Translations under genes and position numbers: made by a program
Shown: positions 18,617-28,181 of the stretch, piece after piece
Layout of the letters: each line of letters opens with the position of its first letter
How positions within the stretch are numbered: position 1 is the stretch's first letter
Assembly: GCA_965224025.1 (NCBI GenBank)
Contig: OZ245033.1
Span: 3,008,001-3,072,000 of the forward strand
Reading direction: 5' to 3'
From: Candidatus Multivorans sp.
GTDB lineage: Bacteria; Acidobacteriota; Thermoanaerobaculia; Multivoradales; Multivoraceae
Length of the DNA stretch: 64,000 bases
Notes under the pieces: model-generated
What the model saw: the letters and a program-made list of their open reading frames with translations, nothing else
Databases searched by the model: none
Told to the model about the DNA's origin: nothing

Positions 18617-19486
18617 CTAGTCCTCCTCGGCCGCTTCGAGCTTGTCTTGGGTCCTGGTCTCGAAGTCGCTGGCGGCGTGACGCTCGCGGAGCTGCTTCTC
18701 CGGCGGGCCGAAGGCCCGGTTCACCATCTGCCCCCGCTTGACCGTCGGGCGCCCGGCGATCTCTCGCGACCACCGGTTCACGTTCTCGTACGTGTGGGCC
18801 TCGATGAACTCTCCGGCGCCGTAGAGCTTGCCCGCGGCGAGGCCGCCGTACCAGGGCCAGATCGCCATGTCGGCGATCGTGTACTCGCTGCCCGCCATGT
18901 ACTCGGAGTCGGCCAGGTGGCGGTCCAGCACGTCGAGCTGCCGCTTGACCTCCATGGTGAAGCGGTTGATCGCGTACTCGAACTTCTCGGCGGCATACGC
19001 GTAGAAGTGGCCGAAGCCGCCGCCCAGGTACGGCGCGCTGCCCATCTGCCAGAACAGCCAGCACAGGCACTCGGTGCGCGCCGCGTGATCTTCGGGCAGA
19101 AACTCGCCGAACTTCTCGGCCAGGTAGAGGAGGATCGCGCCGGACTCGAAGACGCGCGTCGGCGGTTCCGTACCGCGGTCGACCAGCGCCGGGATCTTGG
19201 AGTTCGGGTTGACGCCGACGAACCCGCTCGAGAACTGGTCGCCTTCGCCGATGTTGATCAGGTACGCGTCGTATTCGGCGCCGCCGTGGCCGAGGGCCAG
19301 CAGCTCCTCGAGCATGACGGTGACCTTGACTCCGTTGGGGGTGGCCAGGGAGTAGAGCTGGAACGGGTGGTCGCCGACCGGCAGTTCCTTCTCGTGGGTG
19401 GGCCCCGCGATCGGGCGGTTGATGTTGGCGAAGCGGCCGCCGCTCTCGGCGTCCCACTTCCAGACCTTGGGCGGTTCATAGGACAT
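18617..19486 (-). CDS. yghU: Glutathione-dependent disulfide-bond oxidoreductase (YghU-like GST)
   Basis: [46 protein letters not shown]; SD AGGAGG upstream of the ATG at 19486. Confidence 0.92.
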   Translation of the reverse strand: MSYEPPKVWKWDAESGGRFANINRPIAGPTHEKELPVGDHPFQLYSLATPNGVKVTVMLEELLALGHGGAEYDAYLINIGEGDQFSSGFVGVNPNSKIPALVDRGTEPPTRVFESGAILLYLAEKFGEFLPEDHAARTECLCWLFWQMGSAPYLGGGFGHFYAYAAEKFEYAINRFTMEVKRQLDVLDRHLADSEYMAGSEYTIADMAIWPWYGGLAAGKLYGAGEFIEAHTYENVNRWSREIAGRPTVKRGQMVNRAFGPPEKQLRERHAASDFETRTQDKLEAAEED

Positions 19487-19645
19487 GCGGGTGGGCCCTC
19501 CTGGTCGAAAGTGACTACGGGTCAGGTGCAGCCCGTTCGCGTCGTCCTCGGAGTACACCGCGACGGTGTGGATACCCAAGTCCATCGCCGCGCGGGCGAC
19601 TCGTACCGCGATCTCGCCGCGGTTTGCGATCAGGAGGCGCTGCAC
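19487..19645 (-). pseudogene. N-terminal remnant of a biotin carboxylase/pyruvate carboxylase, in frame with yghU
   Basis: [31 protein letters not shown]...LH, about 43 aa only. Confidence 0.8.
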
Positions 19646-19718
19646 GGGTCAGGCCCGCCGCTCGGAGATCGACGCCGCGCGGCTGACTGCGCGTTTGAGG
19701 GGGAACATAGGGCCGGGA

Positions 19719-22628
19719 TTATAGGAGGGAGTGCTGGCGCTCCGGATCGGGTGCCGGTTGCGCTCCACCCGTGGCCGCACCGGACTCGGCGTCGTCGGCC
19801 GGACCCATTAGCTGCCCTTGTTGGTCGAGTTCGATGAGGCGGTGTCGTGGGCTTCCAGCGAGACGTCGTGCGGCCCACGCTCGCACCTCTTCCTCCTGGC
19901 TGAAGGCGACGATCTGCCGTTCCCTGCTGAGCGCGAGGAGCAGATCCAGGAAGCGCATCGTGCGATCGGTGTCGATGTGCACGGTGGCGTCGTCCAGGAA
20001 CAGGGGCGCGGATTCCCTCTTGTCGCCGAGAGCCTCGGCGAGGCCGATGCGGAGCAGCAGGTAGACCTGATCGACAGTGCCGTGGGACAGTTCGGAGGCT
20101 GAGCGGTACTCGCCGTCCTCGACCTCGAGTTGGACTTCGAGACCCTCCTCAGGATCGATGCGAACGGCCGAGTACCGTCCGCCGGTAACCAGGCTCAATC
20201 GCTCGGCCAGTGCCTCACGGAGGTCGGGCGCGAGCATGCGATGGACCTCTTCCTGGGCCGCTTCGAGGTGCTTGGTGGTGGTGTCGACGATCTCGCCCGC
20301 CCTGCGCAGGAGCTTGACCTCGCGCTCGGCGGCAGCAAGTTCCTCCTCGAGTTCGGCGAGTGCCGGGAGGTCGGCGTCGGCGGCTAGTCGACCTTCGTAC
20401 CGGCTGACTTCTCTTCCGGCTTGGCCGGCTTCCATACGCGCCGCAGCCAGCTTGCGTTCCAGTTCGGGGCGGGTCAGCCCCTGGAGTGCTGCTGCCGCTT
20501 CGGATTCCGCGCGGGCGATGGCCTTCAGACCGGCGGCCGCTTCCGCGCGTTCGTCCAGGAGGCTCTGGCGGTCGCGGCCATCGAGCAGGTGTTGCAGACG
20601 GTCCCAGTCTCTTTGTCGTTGCCCTGACCGGCGTTCCCGGCCGGCAAGCCAATCGTCGGCCCAGAGTTCCGGATCGTCGGTCGAGTCGCCGGTGAAACCG
20701 GCCGCCGTGAGTGCGGTACGGAAGCGTGCCTCCGCCGCTTCGCGGTTCTGTCGCTGCGTCTTCGCCGACCGTTCCGACTGCCCGCGGGCCTCTATCCGCG
20801 CTGCCAGGGCTTCGCGGCGGTCGGTTCCCGTGGCAAGTTCGGCGCTTCGTCGACAGGCCTGCTCATAGCGGTGGAACAGGTCGTCGACTGCTGCCTGGGG
20901 ATCTTCCAAGCCGCGATCGGCCAAGGCGGCGCGCAGCGCCTCCGCGGCGGCCGCTTCGTCGGTGCGAGCGGACGCCATGCGCCGCTGCCAGGTTGCATGT
21001 TCCCGCTCCCACGCGTTCCCTTTCTCGCGTGCGTCGAGGGCGGCGCGCACGGCGTCCGGATCGGCTTCGATCCGGAGTTTCGCGAGTTCCTGGGTTGCGG
21101 CTTCGAGTTGTTGCTGCCTGGCCTTGTGCTGCCGCTTCAGGTCCCTGAGTTCGGCTCTGGCATCGACCAGTTCTCCGCCGCGGTCCATCTGTTCGTAGGG
21201 ACGGGGTCGGGAGGCGCGCCTCTGTGCGCGGTACATGAGAGCGAAGCAGACGATGGCAAGAAGCCACCCGCCGGCGCCAACGAGCCGTGGCAGCAGATCG
21301 AAGGCGCCCAGCGTACCCACCAGACCGCCGACGGGCGCGCCGATCCAGGGCCACTTTCCGAAACCGGAGTTCGCTTCGAGCTCAGTCATGAGCTCCCTCT
21401 GCTCGGCGCGCAGCTCCTGAATGCGCCGTTCGAGGTCGCCGGACGACCGAAGCGCCGGTAGCTCCAGGACCGTCAGAGCGCGCCGCGCGACCGACTCGGC
21501 AGCCTTCGGGAGAGTCGCCTCCGGAGGGTCGCCGGGTCCTAGCCGCTCGCGTACGGCACGGGCTTCGCGTGCTTCCCGCCATCCTCGGGCCGCAGCAGCG
21601 ACTTCGGGCGCGATCTCGCGATCTCCTTCGGCCGCCTTGGGGAGTTCGGACAGTTCCCGGACCATCTCGTCCGCGCTGGGTCCCCGGAGTTCTGCGGGAT
21701 CGTCGGGGCGCATCCGGTACGCGAGGAGAGCTGTGCGGAGCTCACGCTCGATCGCGGCGCCTGGTCCCTCGCCCGGGGCCTCGGGGGGATTGCCACCGGG
21801 GAAGCGCTCGGCCAGTCTCTCGATATTCTCCAGGCGCGCATCGAGGCGACGCAGCTCGTGTTCCGCCAGCGCCCGCTCATGGCCCCGGACGAGTGAGCCC
21901 GCCCTCTTGGCCTCTTCGTTGGCTGCCGCGAGAGCGTTTTCCAGCCGGTCGCGCTCAAGTTGACGGCTCCTGCCTGTAGCGAGCTCCCGGCTGGCTCGGC
22001 CGACGTGCTCGACCGCCTGCTGCAGCGGCTTGGTCGAATTGCGGCGCTCGGTGCCGATCTGATCGCTGGCGTAGCTCTTGAGCAGGCGGAGCGCTTCGAC
22101 CGCGGTGGCGGCGCCGCCGGCGGAGGCGGCGGCGCGTTGCAGCTCCTTCTTCAGCGCCGAGGCTTCGTTGCCCTTCGTCTGGCGCAGGCGCTGGATGTCT
22201 CCCTGGCCGATCACCAGAGTTGACGGCATGACCTGGCGATTGAGACCCAGGAAGCGCGAACCGTCGATGCTCCCCCGGTAGATGACCTCGTTCCCGATCG
22301 GACGGCCGGTGTCAGCGTCGTGAGCGACGCTCTCCTTGGTGTTGAGATCTCTCTGTTGAATCTCGATTCGGCGCTTGTTGTCGAGTTCGAACTTCACCGT
22401 GGCGCGCCAGGGCTCTCCGTTCCACGGCTCGTACTGTCGTTTGAATTCGCGCTCTTCCTTGGTCGATCCGTGACCGCGCCGGCGGCCGCAGAGGGCGGCG
22501 AAGATCGCCTGCAGCCAGGTGGACTTACCGGCTTCGTTGCCGCCGTGGATCACGGTCATGCCGGGGGCCAGGTCGAGCTCGCCGTTCAGCTTGCCGAACT
22601 CATGGGCGCGGACACGCTGGATCTTCAT
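19719..22628 (-). CDS. SMC/Rad50-like AAA ATPase (YhaN/SbcC-like)
   Basis: GGNEAGKST Walker A, long coiled coil with central TM pair, LSHGT signature, PLFLDD Walker B. Confidence 0.85.
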   Translation of the reverse strand: MKIQRVRAHEFGKLNGELDLAPGMTVIHGGNEAGKSTWLQAIFAALCGRRRGHGSTKEEREFKRQYEPWNGEPWRATVKFELDNKRRIEIQQRDLNTKESVAHDADTGRPIGNEVIYRGSIDGSRFLGLNRQVMPSTLVIGQGDIQRLRQTKGNEASALKKELQRAAASAGGAATAVEALRLLKSYASDQIGTERRNSTKPLQQAVEHVGRASRELATGRSRQLERDRLENALAAANEEAKRAGSLVRGHERALAEHELRRLDARLENIERLAERFPGGNPPEAPGEGPGAAIERELRTALLAYRMRPDDPAELRGPSADEMVRELSELPKAAEGDREIAPEVAAAARGWREAREARAVRERLGPGDPPEATLPKAAESVARRALTVLELPALRSSGDLERRIQELRAEQRELMTELEANSGFGKWPWIGAPVGGLVGTLGAFDLLPRLVGAGGWLLAIVCFALMYRAQRRASRPRPYEQMDRGGELVDARAELRDLKRQHKARQQQLEAATQELAKLRIEADPDAVRAALDAREKGNAWEREHATWQRRMASARTDEAAAAEALRAALADRGLEDPQAAVDDLFHRYEQACRRSAELATGTDRREALAARIEARGQSERSAKTQRQNREAAEARFRTALTAAGFTGDSTDDPELWADDWLAGRERRSGQRQRDWDRLQHLLDGRDRQSLLDERAEAAAGLKAIARAESEAAAALQGLTRPELERKLAAARMEAGQAGREVSRYEGRLAADADLPALAELEEELAAAEREVKLLRRAGEIVDTTTKHLEAAQEEVHRMLAPDLREALAERLSLVTGGRYSAVRIDPEEGLEVQLEVEDGEYRSASELSHGTVDQVYLLLRIGLAEALGDKRESAPLFLDDATVHIDTDRTMRFLDLLLALSRERQIVAFSQEEEVRAWAARRLAGSPRHRLIELDQQGQLMGPADDAESGAATGGAQPAPDPERQHSLL

Positions 22629-23800
22629 GCGGCCGCTCCGTCTGTCGGGACATCGAGCGGCTTCTCACCGGAGGAGTCCCCGTCGGCGGCCATCCGGAGT
22701 TCGTCCAGGATGCCGATGTCCCGGTTGTCGAGTGCGCGCAGCCCGGCGAGCAGGACGACGCGCTCCGTTTCGCGGTCGAGGTCGGCCTCTCGAACTCGCC
22801 TCACGAACATGCCGCGCACCGTCGGCTCGTCCTCGATCTGGTCCAGGTCGTATGGCGAAGTCAGGCCCGAGGTGTCGACCAGCACCTGGTCGATGCTCTC
22901 GGGGGGCTCGAACAAGGCCGCGCCGAAGTCTTCGGCATGGAGGTGGAGGTTGTCCGGCTCGCCAATCAGGCGGATGCGTGCGGCGCCGGCCAGGCCGTCG
23001 AGGGCCCTCCCGATCCGCTCCCTTGCCTCGCGGGCGTTCTCGGCTTCCGTCAGATCGACGCTCAAGGTGTGGAGCGTGGGCGGTCGGGGATCGAGGCGGC
23101 GTCGTGTGACTTCGCCATTCTCGACCTCCAGCATCACGGCGCTGCCGTAGGCTTCCTTGAACTTGAGGCGTTCCAGGGAGCCGAGCCTGGTCCAGATCGG
23201 ATGGTCGGCGGGCTTGTGGGAATGTCCAACGACGGCATGGTCCAAACCGGCGGCGGCGATCTGGTCGCCGTCGAACGGGGCGTGGCGGTGCTGGCCCTGG
23301 AACGCGGCGAGCCGTTCCTCGCCGTGGAAGACGGCGATGTGGACGCCGTCGCCGGGGGAGTCGCCGACGTGGAAGCCGTCGTCGAAGAAACCGGGAGTGT
23401 CGACGGGTTTCCGGTGCGCCGCGCCCCAGATCGTGACCGCGGCGCCGAGCGGCGCCGCGGTCAGGTGGGTCTCGTTGAAGATGTGGACGTTCCCGGCCCA
23501 GTTGACTCGCCGGTACGGGCTGTCCGCATCCGCGTAGTCGTGGTTGCCGGGTGCGGCGAAGATGGGCAGGCCCGATTGTTCGAAGGTTCGCTTGAGGAAG
23601 TCGACGGTGTCGCGGGAGGTGAGGCCATGCTCGAACAGGTCGCCGCCGATGAGCACGGCGGCGGCTCCCTCGTTCTCCGCCTGCTCGAACGCCCAGGTCA
23701 CCGCGTCGCGCAGCCGCTGACGCTGCCGGCGGGCCACCTCGCGAGTCGCCCAACCGAACTTCGAGTCCAGGTGGACGTCGCTGAAGGCGAGGAGCTTCAC
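22625..23800 (-). CDS. Mre11/SbcD-like DNA repair exonuclease (metallophosphoesterase)
   Basis: SDVHLD, GGDLFE, PGNHD, GHSH; ATGA overlap with the ATPase. Confidence 0.9.
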   Translation of the reverse strand: MKLLAFSDVHLDSKFGWATREVARRQRQRLRDAVTWAFEQAENEGAAAVLIGGDLFEHGLTSRDTVDFLKRTFEQSGLPIFAAPGNHDYADADSPYRRVNWAGNVHIFNETHLTAAPLGAAVTIWGAAHRKPVDTPGFFDDGFHVGDSPGDGVHIAVFHGEERLAAFQGQHRHAPFDGDQIAAAGLDHAVVGHSHKPADHPIWTRLGSLERLKFKEAYGSAVMLEVENGEVTRRRLDPRPPTLHTLSVDLTEAENAREARERIGRALDGLAGAARIRLIGEPDNLHLHAEDFGAALFEPPESIDQVLVDTSGLTSPYDLDQIEDEPTVRGMFVRRVREADLDRETERVVLLAGLRALDNRDIGILDELRMAADGDSSGEKPLDVPTDGAAA

Positions 23801-23846
23801 GCCAGGGGCGTTCTCGCTGGAACGACGACCGTCCTGGCGGCGCGCG

Positions 23847-24338
23847 TCACTCGTTCAGGACCGCGGGCCAGTTCTCGTCCGCCTGCTCGATGTTCGCGTC
23901 GCGCTCCTCCAGCCACTGCTCCATGACCTTCGCGTTGTAGTTCAGGTAGAGCTTGCCGTTCACCAGCGTGAACGCGTCCGGGTCGGTGGGAGCGGTGTAG
24001 TTGCGGCTCACCGCCCAGGCGCAATAGCCGCCATACTGGGGCGCGTACTTCTCCGGGTCGTCGGCGAAGAGGTTGCGGTTCTCGTCGCTCGCGAAGCGCC
24101 AGTCGGCGCCCTGCCAGCCGAGGGTGAACTCCTTGCGACCTTTCACTGGTTGCCCGTCGGTGAAGTAGGCCACCGGGTCGTACCCGCGGATCGCGAGGTT
24201 GCCGCGGGTGGCGAAGATGGGGTCCTTGTCCTTGGCCGCCGCCGGAACCGCGGCCAGGGCGACGCTGATGGTGAAGGCGGTGAGGGCCGTCCCGCGAGCG
24301 AGTCGGGCGCTACGACTGCGGCGCTGTGGCGTAGACAT
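23847..24338 (-). CDS. Secreted YHS-domain protein (Cys form)
   Basis: Signal peptide, AIRGYDPVAYF, WRFAS..N..LF...PEKYAPQYGGYCAWAV. Confidence 0.9.
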   Translation of the reverse strand: MSTPQRRSRSARLARGTALTAFTISVALAAVPAAAKDKDPIFATRGNLAIRGYDPVAYFTDGQPVKGRKEFTLGWQGADWRFASDENRNLFADDPEKYAPQYGGYCAWAVSRNYTAPTDPDAFTLVNGKLYLNYNAKVMEQWLEERDANIEQADENWPAVLNE

Positions 24339-24429
24339 GAGGCGAGTTCCTCCCGGAAGCGAGTCTATGCAGTCGGCGCCGCGAACTCACTGCGTTGCGT
24401 TTCCACGGCGCAAGCTCATGGACGGGAGT

Positions 24430-24524
24430 TCAGATGTCGAGTCTTTCCGTCCAAAGTCCCGTGAAGCGGTCGAAGTCGCGGTCCTCCGTCAGCAGACGAG
24501 GACGTTCGTATCGACGGCGATCAA
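24430..24524 (-). pseudogene. vapC remnant with internal deletion
   Basis: TTG start overlapping the vapB stop gives MIAVDTNVLV, joined out of frame to LLTEDRDFDRF...; both are PIN-domain termini. Confidence 0.75.
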
Positions 24525-24760
24525 TCGAGCCCGTCCATGATGTCGTAGAGGGACTTGCGGTCGTCCAGGTTTACTCCCGGCAACAAACGGCCCGGCTTCG
24601 TGAGAAGCTTCAGTTTGAAAGGGGGTTCGGGACGTTCCGGAGGCTGCAGGTACTGACGAAGCGCTCGTTCGATCAAGCGCGTCAGCGGTTCGCCGTCGTG
24701 GGCGGCGCGTGCCTTGGCCGCCCGAATCAGGCGGTCGTCGAAGTTCAGCGTGGTCTTCAT
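24521..24760 (-). CDS. VapB family antitoxin (RHH)
   Basis: MKTTLNFDDRL...AK..AA..G..LT.LIE.ALR...LPGVNLDD..SL.DIMD. Confidence 0.85.
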   Translation of the reverse strand: MKTTLNFDDRLIRAAKARAAHDGEPLTRLIERALRQYLQPPERPEPPFKLKLLTKPGRLLPGVNLDDRKSLYDIMDGLD

Positions 24761-24873
24761 GAAAAAAATCTGTATCACTGGAGCCGGATTTCTGTCAACG
24801 GAGTTGACTCGTCGAGACGGGGCGTCGTGGAGTTCTCCGTTGTTCGGCAGAGGTATCTCGCGGATAGTGTCTG

Positions 24874-26625
24874 ATGTGGGCTATGCGGCGCTCTTCCGTC
24901 TTCTTCTCGCTCGGCTTGGCCACGGTTCTCCTGGCGTGCGGCGAAGCGGACGGCGGCACGGACGTGCCGATAGCGGCGCCCTCGCCGACCGCGGTCTTCG
25001 TCGAGCGTGCGGCTGAAGCGGGCCTGGACTTCGTCCACCGCAACGGCGCGGCCGGCGGGTACAACTACCCCGAACTCCTGGTGGGCGGCGGGGCGCTTCT
25101 CGACATCGACGAGGACGGGTTCCTCGACGTCTATCTCGTGCAGAGCGGTCCGTTGCCGGGTTCCGGGCCTGGGAACGCGGGCGTCTCGCTCGCATCCGGC
25201 AGCCCGCCGGGCAACCGTCTCTACCGCAACCAGGGTGACGGCACGTTCGAGGACGCGACGGACGCCGCCGGCGTCGGCGACACGGGCTACGGTGCCGGCG
25301 CCACCGCGGCCGACTACGACCGCGATGGCTTCGTCGACCTCTACGTACTGAACGTCGGCGCGAACCGGCTGTATCGCAATCTCGGCGGCGGCGCCTTCGA
25401 AGACACCACGGAACGCGCCGGCGTCGGCGACGCCCTCTGGTCGTCGAGCGCCGTCTTCCTCGACTACGACGGCGACCTGGACCTGGACCTCTTCGTCGCC
25501 AACTACGTCGTCTGGAGCGCCGACCGGGAGCGTCCCTGCCTGGGGCCGAACGGCCTGCGGAACTACTGCAATCCGGCGGAGTATCCGCCGGCGCCGGACA
25601 CGCTCTACCGCAACGAAGGCAACGGCCGCTTTGTCGACGTGAGCGAAGTCGCGGGAATCCGTTCGGTGGCCGGTCCGGGCCTGGGCGTCGTTGCCGGCGA
25701 CTTCGACGGCGACGGCTTGGTCGATCTCTACGTGGCGAATGACCAGGCGGTGAACCACCTGTGGCTCAACCGGGGTGACGGCACGTTCCGGGAGGACGCG
25801 CTGCCGCGCGGAGCGGCGCTCAACGAACTCGGCCAGCCGGAGGCCGGTATGGGCATCGCCGTGGCCGACCCCGACGACGATGGCGATCTCGACCTGTTCC
25901 TGACCCACCTGAGCGGTGAGACGAACACGTTCTACCGCAACGACGGCGACGGCTTCTTCCTGGACGCGACCGACGAGAAGGGGCTCGGCGGCGTCAGTCA
26001 GCCGTACACCGGTTTCGGTACCTCATGGTTCGACTACGACGGGGACGGCGTCCTCGACCTGTTCATCGCCAACGGCAAGGTGACGCCGGGAGATACCGCT
26101 GCTTTCGACTACCGCGAGCCCAATCAGTTGCTGCGCGGTCGGGGTGCTGGCCGCTACGAGGACGTTTCGGGCCGGGCCGGCGCCGCCCTGGAACTGCTTG
26201 AGGTGAGCCGTGGCGCGGCGTTCGGCGATCTGGACAACGACGGCGATGTGGACATCGTGGTGGTGAACAACGAGGGGCCTGCGAGGTTGCTTCGCAACGA
26301 GGTCGGCAACAGGCAGTCATGGCTGGTGGTCGATCTCTGCGGCGGCGGTGTTCTCGACCGTTCCTCCATCGGTTCGCGCGTCACCGTCCGGGCGGGAGGC
26401 AGAAGCTGGACCCGGGGAGTGCGGCCGGCGCGCAGCTTCGCCGTTGCTAACGCTCCGCGGGTTCACTTCGCGTTCGGCGACGTTCCGGGCGTCGATCACA
26501 TCAAGGTGAACTGGTCGCACGGCGGGGTCACCGAGCGATCGGGGGTGCAGATGAACAGCATTCTGCGGCTGCTCGCGCCGGGCGGTACCGCGCCGGCCGA
26601 GGGAGTTTGCCGTGATGCGCGGTGA
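24874..26625 (+). CDS. CRTAC1-like FG-GAP/VCBS repeat protein with ASPIC/UnbV domain
   Basis: Repeated DYDxDGxxDL(Y/F)V and LYRN.GDGTF.D motifs, RGAAFGDLDNDGDVD, C-terminal RVHF.FG; signal peptide with LLAC. Confidence 0.9.
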   Translation: MWAMRRSSVFFSLGLATVLLACGEADGGTDVPIAAPSPTAVFVERAAEAGLDFVHRNGAAGGYNYPELLVGGGALLDIDEDGFLDVYLVQSGPLPGSGPGNAGVSLASGSPPGNRLYRNQGDGTFEDATDAAGVGDTGYGAGATAADYDRDGFVDLYVLNVGANRLYRNLGGGAFEDTTERAGVGDALWSSSAVFLDYDGDLDLDLFVANYVVWSADRERPCLGPNGLRNYCNPAEYPPAPDTLYRNEGNGRFVDVSEVAGIRSVAGPGLGVVAGDFDGDGLVDLYVANDQAVNHLWLNRGDGTFREDALPRGAALNELGQPEAGMGIAVADPDDDGDLDLFLTHLSGETNTFYRNDGDGFFLDATDEKGLGGVSQPYTGFGTSWFDYDGDGVLDLFIANGKVTPGDTAAFDYREPNQLLRGRGAGRYEDVSGRAGAALELLEVSRGAAFGDLDNDGDVDIVVVNNEGPARLLRNEVGNRQSWLVVDLCGGGVLDRSSIGSRVTVRAGGRSWTRGVRPARSFAVANAPRVHFAFGDVPGVDHIKVNWSHGGVTERSGVQMNSILRLLAPGGTAPAEGVCRDAR

Positions 26626-27829
26626 CCGCGCTGCCCGCAGCGGAGGCGGCACGCTTGCAGTAGAGAAGTGCGCCTCTTCCGACGCCGTGTCTCTGGGTGC
26701 GCGGACCCTCTGGTCCGCATCTGCCGTGGTGGTTGCCCTGGTGACCTTGCTAGCCGGCTGCGCCGCTCCGCCGTCCGACGCTCCCACCGAATCGTCAACG
26801 TCGCTGGCCACGGAACCGATCCCCCGCATCCCCAACCTCTCCGAACTCGATCCGGGCTTCGCCACCGCGGTCCGCGACGCCGCGGCAGCCGTGGAACGCG
26901 ACCCGTCGAGCGGCGCCGCCGTCGGCGCTCTGGGCCGCCTCTACCAGGCGCACCGCTATGTCGACCAGGCCCGCCGCTGCTACGAGCGGGCCGCGGAACT
27001 CGATCCCGGCGCCGCGGAATGGTCGTACTACCTCGGCTTCCTGGCCGCCGGCCGCGGCGCCCACGAAGAAGCGGCGCGCCGTTTCGAACGCGTTCTCGAA
27101 CTCCATCCGTCGTACTGGGTCGCCCGCGTGCGGCTTGGCAACGCGCTGCTCGCGGCCGGTGACATCGACGGCGCCGAGCAGGCGTTCCGCGCCGCGCGGT
27201 CGGCGGCGCCGGGCGCACCCTGGGGCGAACTCGGCCTGGGCAAGACGGCGCGACGGCGGGGACGTTTCGAGGCGGCGGCCGAACACCTGCGTTCGGCGCT
27301 GGAGGTGGACCCGCGGCATCGGGAGACGCGCTACCTGCTGGCCATGACCGAGCGGCAGCTCGGGAACGCCGCGCGCGCCGAAGAGTTGCTTCGCGGCCTC
27401 GAAGAAGCGGCGGCGCCAGGCCTCGACGACCCGATGATGCAGGCGGTCCTCGCCCTGTTCCGGGACACGCAGACGATGATCCGCACCGCGAACCAGCGTC
27501 TGGCGGAGGGGGACTCCCGGTCCGCGGAACGCCTCTATCGCGAGGTGTTGCGCCTCGATCCGTACTCCTACGACGCCCACCTCAACCTTGGCGTGCTCTA
27601 CGGTCTCGCCGACCGCAATCCGGAGGCGGCAGCCGCCCTCGAACGCGCGATCGAGATCGACCCCGGCCGGGCCGACGCCTACGCGCTTCTCACGATCGCC
27701 TACATCAAGACCGGCCGCGCTGAGCAGGGCCTTCGGCAGTTGGAGAAAGTGCTCGAAATCGATCCGGATCATCCCAGAGCGCGAGAGATTCTCCACAGCC
27801 TGGGCGGCAACCCGGAAGAATTGCGCTAA
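26612..27829 (+). CDS. Tetratricopeptide-repeat lipoprotein (true start uncertain, possibly ~26726)
   Basis: Lipobox LAGC; multiple TPRs (A...YERAAELDP, ALEVDP, AHLNLG, LERAIEIDP). Confidence 0.85.
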   Translation: MMRGDRAARSGGGTLAVEKCASSDAVSLGARTLWSASAVVVALVTLLAGCAAPPSDAPTESSTSLATEPIPRIPNLSELDPGFATAVRDAAAAVERDPSSGAAVGALGRLYQAHRYVDQARRCYERAAELDPGAAEWSYYLGFLAAGRGAHEEAARRFERVLELHPSYWVARVRLGNALLAAGDIDGAEQAFRAARSAAPGAPWGELGLGKTARRRGRFEAAAEHLRSALEVDPRHRETRYLLAMTERQLGNAARAEELLRGLEEAAAPGLDDPMMQAVLALFRDTQTMIRTANQRLAEGDSRSAERLYREVLRLDPYSYDAHLNLGVLYGLADRNPEAAAALERAIEIDPGRADAYALLTIAYIKTGRAEQGLRQLEKVLEIDPDHPRAREILHSLGGNPEELR

Positions 27830-28181
27830 CATCCACGGTTTGGCCCCACTAGAGACGTCTACTTAGCGTCGCCTGGTCAACGGCGCGACAGAGTTGTCTC
27901 GGTGAGACTCTGAGTCGGGCCGGTCCCGGTTGGACAAGTGCCTGAACGGGAGCGACTTTGGAGTCGAATGGGCAACGGGAAGGCGCTTGACGTGGCCGGC
28001 AACTGCGTTAGTCCCTTAGGGCTTTTTCGGGCTTTGCTTTCCTTCTTTCTGAGAGGGTACTTGGGCGTATTCGGCGTGGATCGAGTGCGCACCGAGGGTC
28101 GTTGAGAGCGCTTTCCTTTCCTGGTTGCCTAGAGGGCAGGCAGACGAACCGGCGGAAAGCCGATCAAACGAGGGGTAACAA

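Noticed and set aside
23847-24338. Possible selenoprotein (YHS family)
   Set aside because: The motif reads YGGYC with a Cys codon; no in-frame TGA
27930-28010. Cobalamin-riboswitch-like words (GGGAA, GCAACTG) in the nuclease leader
   Set aside because: Spacing is wrong and GCAACTG is absent from the second copy
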